Virus record (IMG/VR): IMGVR_UViG_3300023184_008416
Coordinates: 32,001 to 96,000 of that record
Reading direction: 5' to 3' (one strand)
From: a virus
Length of the DNA: 64,000 nucleotides
Shown piece by piece: positions 28,072 through 36,755 of the stretch. The position numbers and the translations under genes are program-made. Position 1 is the first letter of the stretch; every line of letters begins with the position of its first letter. The notes under the pieces were generated by a model. That model was not told the DNA's origin, searched no databases, and saw only the letters and a list, made by a program, of their open reading frames with translations.

Positions 28072-29708
28072 TGCCCAAAAATCACCTTTCATTGACCCGA
28101 GAAGAACAGGTCAGAGAAATCGTGCGTTGTGGCAAAGATCCAACGTACTTCACAAAAAATTACGTAAAAATCCAACATCCAACAAGGGGAACAGTACCGT
28201 TTGAAACGTATCCTTTCCAGGATGATTGCATCAGTGATTTTCAAAAGAATCGTTTCAATATTGTTTTGAAATCACGCCAGCTAGGCTTGTCAACCATCTG
28301 TGCTGATTATGCGACATGGGATGCCATATTTCACCGTGACAGAAACATACTAGTCATTGCAACCAAACTAGACACTGCAATCAACTTTATTAAAAAAGTT
28401 AAGGTAATGTTACAAAGTTTGCCTAAATGGTTATTGCTCCCCAAATTTGAAGACAACAAAAGATCTATCAGATTTAGTAACGGATCAGTTATAACTGCAA
28501 TTCCAACTTCGCCAGATGCAGGCCGTTCAGAAGCTTTGTCACTTCTCATCGTAGATGAGGCTGCATTTATTAGAGACTTTGAAGACATATGGACCGGTCT
28601 CTATCCAACAATCAGCACCGGTGGTAATGCGATCATTTTATCTACACCAAATGGTGTCGGTGGACAATATTATAAATTATGGACCCAGGCTGAGGCAGGG
28701 TTAAATGAATTCAATCCAATTAGATTGCCTTGGCAAGTACATCCAGAACACGACCAGGAATGGTTTGATAAAGAAACTCGCAACTTACCCAAACGAAAAG
28801 TAAGTCAAGAATTTTTGTGTGATTTCATATCATCTGGTGACACTTACCTTCAAAGCGAGGTAATGGATAAAGTTCGAGACAATATCACCCCACCAACTGA
28901 AAAATCTTCTATTGATAGAAACATTTGGATCTGGAAAAAACCAGAACTTGATCATCGTTACGTCATATCAGCCGATGTTGCCCGAGGTGATTCAAACGAT
29001 TTTTCTGCATTTCACGTGATAGACGCAAATGCTTCTGAGGTTGTTGCGGAATATAAAGGTAAAACAACACCTGATCGCCTCGCAGATTTATTGGCAGACT
29101 TCGGTAAACAATATAATAATGCTTTGTTGTGTCCTGAAAACAATACGTTTGGTTATACGACTTGCATTAGGTTAAAAGACATGGGTTACCCTCGTCTCTA
29201 TTATTCTTCATTCAAGGGAGACCCCTTTGAACACAAGCTCGTTGATCCGGATGAAATACCGGGATTTTCTACGCAACAAAAAAGTAGGATTCAGATCCTG
29301 ACTCACTTGGAAGAAGTGATTCGTAATTCAACAATCAAGATACACAGTCAAAGATTGTACGATGAATTACAATCATTCGTGTGGCACGGCGTTAGAGCTC
29401 AAGCCTCAAAAGATGGTAATGATGATTTGATCATGAGTCTGGCGATCGGAGCCTGGTTGGCCCTTGGAACGACAGGTTCGACAACAGGTGCAATGGAAAT
29501 AGCCAATGCGTTGTTAAAGGCAACAGGAATAATCAGAACAGACACAACTCAAATGTCTGCTGGAATAAACCAGGTTGGTCCTCTTAAAAACCACTGGTCA
29601 TCAATGAATCAACATGCCAACTCAAGAAATTACTTAAAACCTAAGGACGCAGATTCTGTGGGAGGAAAAGATCCATCTATCCACGATTTTTCTTGGCTAT
29701 TGAGATAA
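28068..29708 (+). CDS. terL: Terminase large subunit (T4 gp17-like)
   Basis: YPFQ, KSRQLGLST, LLIVDEAAF, LSTPNG, ISADVARG, NDDLIMSLAI. Confidence 0.93.
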   Translation: MMPKNHLSLTREEQVREIVRCGKDPTYFTKNYVKIQHPTRGTVPFETYPFQDDCISDFQKNRFNIVLKSRQLGLSTICADYATWDAIFHRDRNILVIATKLDTAINFIKKVKVMLQSLPKWLLLPKFEDNKRSIRFSNGSVITAIPTSPDAGRSEALSLLIVDEAAFIRDFEDIWTGLYPTISTGGNAIILSTPNGVGGQYYKLWTQAEAGLNEFNPIRLPWQVHPEHDQEWFDKETRNLPKRKVSQEFLCDFISSGDTYLQSEVMDKVRDNITPPTEKSSIDRNIWIWKKPELDHRYVISADVARGDSNDFSAFHVIDANASEVVAEYKGKTTPDRLADLLADFGKQYNNALLCPENNTFGYTTCIRLKDMGYPRLYYSSFKGDPFEHKLVDPDEIPGFSTQQKSRIQILTHLEEVIRNSTIKIHSQRLYDELQSFVWHGVRAQASKDGNDDLIMSLAIGAWLALGTTGSTTGAMEIANALLKATGIIRTDTTQMSAGINQVGPLKNHWSSMNQHANSRNYLKPKDADSVGGKDPSIHDFSWLLR

Positions 29709-29742
29709 TTCAATATAAATAATCTATCAGGAGACAGCACCC

Positions 29743-30081
29743 ATGCCCAGCATTACTCAAAAAAGATTGCGACAAATTATAGCAGAAGAAGTCAAAGCAG
29801 CAGTGGAAGATAATTCTGCCAACGAAAGAAAGATGGTGCCTGCTATCTCAACAGCTGCCTCTAATTTTCTTGATGCTTTAATGACATTCAAAGAAAAGTG
29901 TCCCACCGATTGTCTGTCGTCTGTCTCCGGTCTAGAACAACTAGAAAAAACACTAGAAAATATGTTCATGCACCCAGGAGATTATTTGCCCCGCGCTTCT
30001 CGACCATCTGTCAGAGATGACGTTCAGGAACTGATGCCTAAAGAGCCAGAAGCAGATGAAGACGAAGAAGAACAAATTTAA
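29743..30081 (+). CDS. Small acidic head-module protein
   Basis: AGGAG RBS; N-terminal ITQKRLRQIIAEEV; acidic tail. Confidence 0.6.
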   Translation: MPSITQKRLRQIIAEEVKAAVEDNSANERKMVPAISTAASNFLDALMTFKEKCPTDCLSSVSGLEQLEKTLENMFMHPGDYLPRASRPSVRDDVQELMPKEPEADEDEEEQI

Positions 30082-30143
30082 CAATTATTATAAAAAACCA
30101 ATATTGATCTAAGGGCCGAACCTCGAAATAGGTCGGTGTATCA

Positions 30144-33100
30144 ATGGCAAATAAAGAATCACAAGAAAGCCTCTTTAAAAGATTAACTCGCCTCTTTCGT
30201 AGCGGACCGGTAGTAAAACGAAAGATCAGAACCGCTGATACGACCATCGCCGTTCCTGACAGGACAAAATCTTCTGGGGCTTTGCTTTTTCAAAAGAGTT
30301 TGTCACCTACATACGCAACTATCACTTCAAACGCTTATAACCTCTCAGAGCGCCTGATGAGGTACCAAGATTTTCAAGAAATGGAATATTCACTGGCAAT
30401 TTCTACAAAAATTGCTACGCCTGATGGATTCAAAACTATCGGTGAGTTGACGGAAGAGTGCGAAAAAGATCCGAACAAGACCTTCGTCGTTTATTCTTAC
30501 GACCATGTACAGAAAAAAATAGTACCCGCTTTAGGTAAACAAGCTCGTCAGACTTGCGTTGACCATGCGTGGAAAGTCAAATTTGATAACGGCAAGGAAA
30601 TAATTGCCAGCCCAGAGCATCGTTTGATGTTGCGAGATGGCACCTACAGGAAGGTTGAGGATTTGCAGCCTGGGGATTCCATGATGCCCTTCTATCGCAA
30701 GGATCTTTTTGAAGGTGCCAAGGAAGGTACCAGGGGATATTCTTGGATTTATACGATGGACGATAGGTTCCGTGGATGGACCAAAGAGCACCAGATGGTT
30801 GCCGAGTGGATTGCGGGTAGAAATTTGGCAGAAGATGAAGTGGTTCATCACATTAATTTTGTGAAGACCGACAATCGACCAGAAAATCTAAAAATTATGT
30901 CGAAGTCGGATCACGATTCTTATCACACAGCCTTAAATAATAATGTAAAATGGTCGCCTGAAAATGGGGAATGGATAGAAGACTTTAAAAAACGTCATTC
31001 CGCATGGATGCGTGACAATGCCCCAACCGCCCGCACCGACGTTACATTTTCTAGGATACTGGAAGTGGCCGAGCGCGTCGGTTTTAGCATGCCTGCGATT
31101 GCGTCGACCTTGGATGTGACCTGGAATTTGATATATTCCCGGCTGACAGCACATGGATTTGCCAATTTTGAGCAATTTGTCGAAGCTTATCGCGATGGAC
31201 AAAAAGATTCTCTGATCGATGGTCGTCCTGGATTGTTGACAAGAGACTTGACGTTAGATATGATACGTTCTGTAGTTCTTCCCGAGGACACAAAGCGATC
31301 TTTGGCCATTAAATTAGGTTGTACCACCAATGTGCTGGATAAATTTTTAGCAAAAAGAGAACGAATGACCTGGACACAGCTGAGGTCTTCTTTGGGATAC
31401 AATGATCAAGGAAGCACTGGCTTTCCAAACTTGCTCCGCCGTGGTGGAAGGCCTAAGGAAAAGAATAATCACGAAATAACATTTCAGCAAATATGTGACG
31501 CTTATCTACCCGGCCGAACTCTCCCCAGATTGGCTTCTTCTTTAGGTGTTAACAAGAACACTGTCATTTCTCGATTGGCGCAACAAGGTCACAAGAGGTA
31601 CAGCGATTTTGCTTCGGCTTATCAAAACTGTAAAGTGGAATCCATAGAATACATGGGAGTTATTCCGCTCTACGACTTAACCGTCGATGGATATAAGAAT
31701 TTTGCGACCGATTCAGTAATGTCTCATAACACACCGGAGTTGGCAGCTGCAATGGACATCTATGCAGATGAAACGGTCGCCTCTGATGAAAAGGGAAAGG
31801 TACTCCACGTTTACTCAGATAACCCTAAAATAAAACAGATTTTAGATGACCTATTTTATAATACCCTAAACGTTGAATTTAATTTGAGGTCATGGGCAAG
31901 GAATCTTTGTAAGTTTGGTGATTTCTTTTTATACAATGATGTGTCACCACAGCATGGCGTTATTAATGCTTTCCCCATCCCAGTCAATGAAATTGAACGT
32001 GAAGAAAATTATGACAGGGCAGATCCTGCAGCTGTTCGTTTTAGGTGGGTGACTTTAGGAAACAGGGTTCTTGAAAATTGGGAAATATCACACTTTAGGT
32101 TGTTAGGCAATGACATGTTCTTGCCTTACGGTTCTTCAATTATTGAGCCTGCTCGTCGTATTTGGCGACAGTTGATTCTTATTGAAGACGCCATGTTGGT
32201 TTACAGAGTTGTTAGAGCTCCTGAACGTCGTGTCTTCTACATTGACGTTGGAGGTATGCCAGCAGAGGCCATCTCTCCATACGTTGAAGAGCAAAAAAGA
32301 ACATTAAAATCTAGTCAAGTCATTGATAACACGACGGGAAGAGTTGATTTAAGGTACAATCCTCTTTCGGTTGATGAAGATTACTTTTTACCCGTTAGAG
32401 GTGGCGAGACGGGAACAAAAATTGAGACTCTTGCGGGTGGTCAAAATGCGGCAGCAATTGAAGACGTTCAGTACATTCAGAAAAAGCTATTTGCGTCTCT
32501 TAAAATTCCACGTGCTTATTTGGGATACGATGAAATGTTATCTTCAAAAGCGACTTTGGCACAAGAAGACATTCGTTTTTCTCGTACAATCAATGTTATT
32601 CAGAAGACCATTATTGCTGAATTAAACAAGCTTGCAACAATACACCTTTATGCAAATGGATTTGATCAAGACGATCTTGTTAATTTCACACTTAAATTAT
32701 CCAATCCTTCTACAATTGCCCAACAACAAAAATTAGAACTCTGGCGTGCCAGATTCGAAATAGCAACATCAGGTTTGGGCGAAGGAATGACGTCCAAAAA
32801 ATTTGTTAGAAAAGAAATTTTAGGACTTAATGACGATCAAATAGATGCAATTGATTCACAACGTTATGATGAAAAAATTGTTGAAAGTATGATTGAGGCT
32901 GCAAAACCCGAAGAAGGTGGTGAGGGTGGTTCTGAAGCTGGCGGTGAAGAAACCGGTGGTGAAGAAGGCGGCGGAGAAGATTTATTTGGTGGTGGTGAAG
33001 AGGAAAAAGAGGCTGAAAAACCCGAAGGGGGTAAAGAGGCAGGTGGTGAAGAAAAACCAGAAAATGCCGGTGAACCCGATGAAGGTGGTATAGACTTGTT

Positions 33101-33521
33101 GACAGCCAATGATGACCTTGATAATGAAGTAATACAATTATCAGCAAGAGACAGAAGAATTAAGAAACCATTACCTGTCAGGGTAAGTGATAAAGTAAAT
33201 CTTAGAAAGCACAACAGGAACAGGCAGAGGAAACAAGGGAGTGGTGACAAGAGGTCAGAACTTGTAACACCAGATTTTGTGAAAATGACGTCCGATTTTG
33301 AGTCCTTAAACAACCCCTCAGACCCTGATTGGTTTAAATCATTTGTTTCAAACCCCATGGGGGAAAACGTTGAATCTCCCCGTCGACGCGGCTTGCCAGG
33401 AGACATGATAAAGACGCTCGAAAAAATGTCGAATGCGCTCGGGCCAGCAACAAAACGTGGAGTCATCAGTGAAGCGTCAGGATTAGATTTAGAACTATTT
33501 AACGAGGAAGATTCAGAATGA
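30144..33521 (+). CDS. Portal protein (T4 gp20-like) interrupted by an intein
   Basis: AAMDIYADE, LIEDAMLVYRVVRAPERRVFYIDVG, EDYFLPVRG, TKIETLAGG, YIQKKLFASLKIP. About 678 aa after splicing. Confidence 0.93.
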   Translation: MANKESQESLFKRLTRLFRSGPVVKRKIRTADTTIAVPDRTKSSGALLFQKSLSPTYATITSNAYNLSERLMRYQDFQEMEYSLAISTKIATPDGFKTIGELTEECEKDPNKTFVVYSYDHVQKKIVPALGKQARQTCVDHAWKVKFDNGKEIIASPEHRLMLRDGTYRKVEDLQPGDSMMPFYRKDLFEGAKEGTRGYSWIYTMDDRFRGWTKEHQMVAEWIAGRNLAEDEVVHHINFVKTDNRPENLKIMSKSDHDSYHTALNNNVKWSPENGEWIEDFKKRHSAWMRDNAPTARTDVTFSRILEVAERVGFSMPAIASTLDVTWNLIYSRLTAHGFANFEQFVEAYRDGQKDSLIDGRPGLLTRDLTLDMIRSVVLPEDTKRSLAIKLGCTTNVLDKFLAKRERMTWTQLRSSLGYNDQGSTGFPNLLRRGGRPKEKNNHEITFQQICDAYLPGRTLPRLASSLGVNKNTVISRLAQQGHKRYSDFASAYQNCKVESIEYMGVIPLYDLTVDGYKNFATDSVMSHNTPELAAAMDIYADETVASDEKGKVLHVYSDNPKIKQILDDLFYNTLNVEFNLRSWARNLCKFGDFFLYNDVSPQHGVINAFPIPVNEIEREENYDRADPAAVRFRWVTLGNRVLENWEISHFRLLGNDMFLPYGSSIIEPARRIWRQLILIEDAMLVYRVVRAPERRVFYIDVGGMPAEAISPYVEEQKRTLKSSQVIDNTTGRVDLRYNPLSVDEDYFLPVRGGETGTKIETLAGGQNAAAIEDVQYIQKKLFASLKIPRAYLGYDEMLSSKATLAQEDIRFSRTINVIQKTIIAELNKLATIHLYANGFDQDDLVNFTLKLSNPSTIAQQQKLELWRARFEIATSGLGEGMTSKKFVRKEILGLNDDQIDAIDSQRYDEKIVESMIEAAKPEEGGEGGSEAGGEETGGEEGGGEDLFGGGEEEKEAEKPEGGKEAGGEEKPENAGEPDEGGIDLLTANDDLDNEVIQLSARDRRIKKPLPVRVSDKVNLRKHNRNRQRKQGSGDKRSELVTPDFVKMTSDFESLNNPSDPDWFKSFVSNPMGENVESPRRRGLPGDMIKTLEKMSNALGPATKRGVISEASGLDLELFNEEDSE
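30390..31730 (+). mobile_element. Intein (447 aa) carrying an HNH endonuclease and three HTH repeats
   Basis: Block A SLAISTKIATPDG, block B IIASPEHRLM, block F/G LYDLTVDGYKNFA..SHN|T; HNH VVHHINFVKTDNRPENL. Removal restores FQEMEY-TPELAAAMD. Confidence 0.9.
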
Positions 33522-34369
33522 GCACGACACACAACAAGAAAAGAAACAGTTGTCTTATCTATGAATTTTTGGTGCGTCATATCAGCACAGCGCTGGTTAA
33601 CGATGATAAAAAATCATCCAATGCCGCTCTAAAGATACTGAAACAATATTACAGACCTGGGACAGAACTTTATAAAGAGTTTAGGTTGCTGAATGCACTT
33701 GCTACTACATCTGTTAGCAGCGAGGCTGTTGCTGTGTCAATATTGAGCGAAGCGAAGAGTGCTGCAAGGTCTCATGACGTTCACCAGCTAGATGCAGAAA
33801 AGACAGCCTTGATACATTCCATCAATCGTTCCATATCAGACGTTGATTTTTATGATCAGCCCATCAGTGAATACAAGACCTTGGCTACAACGCAATCATT
33901 GATTAATTTTTGGCGCACACCAAATCATGATTTTCTTGACAAGCAGGCACAGTATGAAGATACAATTTTGCGTCATCTGGTGACACAAAAGGAAATTCGT
34001 GATGCACAGAAGCTAAACGAAGAATCAATTGGAACAAATAGATTATTGTTTAAGGTTTTGCTTCGAAAAATTAACGACAAGTATTCTGGCACTTTAACAA
34101 CGGAACAAAAATCTTTGCTTAAAGCTTATGCTTTTTCTGAAGCAAATGGCGACGATACCATCGTTAAAAAGATGACAGAAATAAAAAGTGATCTCTTGAG
34201 TTCTTTGGATCAACAGCTAATAAAAGAGAATGGTAATAGTTACATGTCTAAAAAATTGCGTGAAGTTAAAGATGAAGTTTTAACAACGAGCGTCTCTCCC
34301 ACTGACGATAACATCACAAAATTTATGTTGTTCACCAAACTAAAAACTGAACTCATCTCGGAGGAATGA
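33518..34369 (+). CDS. Hypothetical head-module protein
   Basis: 283 aa, helical, between portal and protease; coupled starts. Confidence 0.65.
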   Translation: MSTTHNKKRNSCLIYEFLVRHISTALVNDDKKSSNAALKILKQYYRPGTELYKEFRLLNALATTSVSSEAVAVSILSEAKSAARSHDVHQLDAEKTALIHSINRSISDVDFYDQPISEYKTLATTQSLINFWRTPNHDFLDKQAQYEDTILRHLVTQKEIRDAQKLNEESIGTNRLLFKVLLRKINDKYSGTLTTEQKSLLKAYAFSEANGDDTIVKKMTEIKSDLLSSLDQQLIKENGNSYMSKKLREVKDEVLTTSVSPTDDNITKFMLFTKLKTELISEE

Positions 34370-34370
34370 A

Positions 34371-34973
34371 ATGAAACTTTTAAATTCATACGAAATTTTT
34401 GATTACACGCCTGAGACCCTTAGGGAATCTCGTGAAAAAAACAATGGAAAAATTGTGATGAAGGGTATCCTCCAGAAGGCCAACACTCTGAACCAAAACG
34501 GTAGAATTTATCCTAGAGAAATTTTGGAGCGTGAGGTTCGCAATTATCAAAAATTTATCATTGAAAATCGAGCAGTTGGTGAGCTTGACCATCCAGATTC
34601 TTCTGTCGTTAACTTGAAGAACGTATCTCATATTGTTCGTGAAGCGTACTTTGATAAAGACGTTGTTTACGGATCTGTGGAATTATTGGATACGCCTTCT
34701 GGAAAAATTCTTCAATCTCTGGTTGAATCAGGTGTTAAATTAGGAATCTCTTCTCGCGGCGTCGGTTCGACTCGTAGAGACGGAGATTATCAAGTGGTCC
34801 AAGATGATTTTCAGTTAATTTGTTGGGACTACGTTTCAGAACCATCAACACCTGGTGCTTTCATGATGGCCGAAGGAAAGACAATCAACACAAGCGAATT
34901 AAAGTCCGTCTTTAATAAATCTGATCGCATCAATCGCATAATCAACGACATCATGTCAATAAAAAAGTCGTGA
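34371..34973 (+). CDS. Prohead core protease (T4 gp21-like)
   Basis: NQNGRIYP, GELDHP, VSH, GISSRGVGS, DYVSEPS. Confidence 0.93.
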   Translation: MKLLNSYEIFDYTPETLRESREKNNGKIVMKGILQKANTLNQNGRIYPREILEREVRNYQKFIIENRAVGELDHPDSSVVNLKNVSHIVREAYFDKDVVYGSVELLDTPSGKILQSLVESGVKLGISSRGVGSTRRDGDYQVVQDDFQLICWDYVSEPSTPGAFMMAEGKTINTSELKSVFNKSDRINRIINDIMSIKKS

Positions 34974-35001
34974 AAGTCAATATTGAAGAAAGATATTTAA
35001 A

Positions 35002-35415
35002 ATGTCATTGAATAACACAAGATCGGGTCTCAACAATACAGCAGAATTTGTTACTTCTGCTCTTCCTTGGGTGATAACCGGGACGACTTCTGGAACAGAC
35101 GTTATTACATACACTTTACCCAAAGTCAGCAAAAATATAATTTTGATGAATAACGCCAGTACGGGCAATTATCTACGATTAGGGTTTACTAAGAATGGCA
35201 TTAATGCGGTAGAAGACAAATATTATTTTAATGTTGATGGTGGTCAATCAATTAGTCTTGACGTACGGGTAAAAACTTTTTTTGTGAGAGCAGATTCGTC
35301 AGGCACACTTGATTTTAGCATTTATGCAGGATTAACGACGATAGACAATATTATGATGCCGACTTTAACGGGAAGCCTTGCTGTTCATGGAGATGGTTGG
35401 GAAGGAGTGGGATGA
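35002..35415 (+). CDS. Small beta-rich putative capsid decoration protein
   Basis: 137 aa, beta-sandwich-like composition; in the head module; ATATTTAA motif upstream. Confidence 0.5.
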   Translation: MSLNNTRSGLNNTAEFVTSALPWVITGTTSGTDVITYTLPKVSKNIILMNNASTGNYLRLGFTKNGINAVEDKYYFNVDGGQSISLDVRVKTFFVRADSSGTLDFSIYAGLTTIDNIMMPTLTGSLAVHGDGWEGVG

Positions 35416-35416
35416 T

Positions 35417-35848
35417 ATGAAATTAACTAAGCAACAACTAAAAGACGTGGTCAAAGAATGCCTTGTTGAAATATTGAGTGAGGGTGTAACACCTGTAAGA
35501 AGAAACTCCCAGACTTCAAGTCCTTCATTAAGTGAATCAAGTTTTCGTGACAAATCAACAACAAAACAAAATCAAAAACAACAAATCGTTCCCGATCAAC
35601 AAAGCAGGGCTCTGTATGAAGCGATACGAAGAGAGTCCAATGGCGATCCTGTGATGGCTGAAATTCTAGCAGACACTGCAATAAAAACCTTACCTGCGAT
35701 GCAAGAAGCAGAATCTCGTCGTCAACCGATTGTTACCGGAACAGTAGAAAAATTGGTCAGTGAATCTGATCCTAAAAACCTTTTTGGTGAGGATGTGGCA
35801 TCTAAATGGGCTGCTCTTGCTTTTAATGAAATTGGCAAAAAAAATTAG
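35417..35848 (+). CDS. Hypothetical head-module protein
   Basis: AAGGAG RBS before ATG 35417; begins MKLTKQQLKDVVKEC. Confidence 0.6.
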   Translation: MKLTKQQLKDVVKECLVEILSEGVTPVRRNSQTSSPSLSESSFRDKSTTKQNQKQQIVPDQQSRALYEAIRRESNGDPVMAEILADTAIKTLPAMQEAESRRQPIVTGTVEKLVSESDPKNLFGEDVASKWAALAFNEIGKKN

Positions 35849-35894
35849 CAAATCATTTTTAACATATACTTAAGGCTTAGCTGAGGTATTCATT

Positions 35895-36137
35895 ATGAAA
35901 CTTACATCTTCAATGTTACGCACACTTGTTATGGAGGAAGTCGCCAAGCTTAAATCTGACAAGCTTGATGCGGAAGCCGCCAAGGAAACAGACGCCGACG
36001 CGCTCGCTGATTCTCTTGAAAATCATATTGACTACGTTAAGGCTCTTAAGATCAAAGAGTCAAGACTTGTGAGTCAATTGAAACAAGTTCGTGAGCAAAA
36101 AGAAAAAATCGTTCGTAAGATCATCGGTTCAAAGTGA
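35895..36137 (+). CDS. Small coiled-coil head-module protein
   Basis: GAGG RBS; begins MKLTSSMLRTLVMEEV. Confidence 0.65.
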   Translation: MKLTSSMLRTLVMEEVAKLKSDKLDAEAAKETDADALADSLENHIDYVKALKIKESRLVSQLKQVREQKEKIVRKIIGSK

Positions 36138-36172
36138 TCGTTGGATTTAACATTTGATTGGAGGGTAACAAA

Positions 36173-36736
36173 ATGCCAGGTGAAGGAAAATATTCAAACT
36201 ATCTTGACAAAATGCCAGATGAAAAGTCTGGCGGTATTTCTTCTGCAAAACTTGTCCTCTTGAAGAAGTTGTTTCCAACTGCACCATCTTTAAATAAAGA
36301 TGATGTTTTAAAACGTGCTCTAGAGAACTTAACCCCGGCTGAGCAAAATACGCCTGATCCTGCATTTGCAAATTTAAATGGAAAAGTCAATCTCAATTAT
36401 GCCGGTTCGCCAAATTTAAATGATGTTAAATTTAATTCTCCCGGTGGACCATCAACCCCTTACACACCCGACATTAGATCACCAGGTTCAGCAGTACCTG
36501 TTGATCAATTGGGTAGCACAGACACGACATCAATTAACACAAACCTAAAACCAGCGTCAGGTGATCCCGGCGTTGCACCCGCTGATTTCCATAAAAATTA
36601 TGTCCCTGGAACTCTAGACAGCGGCACTAAATCTCCAGCTCTCCAGACTGAAAAAGTAGCATCAAAAGTTGAATTGGGTAAATCATTACCCGTCAGCAAC
36701 ATGGATGATAATTCTGGAGGCGAAATCTACAAGTGA
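36173..36736 (+). CDS. Pro/Gly-rich hypothetical head-module protein
   Basis: GGAGG RBS before ATG 36173. Confidence 0.6.
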   Translation: MPGEGKYSNYLDKMPDEKSGGISSAKLVLLKKLFPTAPSLNKDDVLKRALENLTPAEQNTPDPAFANLNGKVNLNYAGSPNLNDVKFNSPGGPSTPYTPDIRSPGSAVPVDQLGSTDTTSINTNLKPASGDPGVAPADFHKNYVPGTLDSGTKSPALQTEKVASKVELGKSLPVSNMDDNSGGEIYK

Positions 36737-36755
36737 TTCGAACCGAGGAAGGAAC

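Noticed and set aside
32827-33580. 238-aa Ser/Pro-rich antisense ORF
   Set aside because: Mirror image of the GAA/GGT-rich portal tail.
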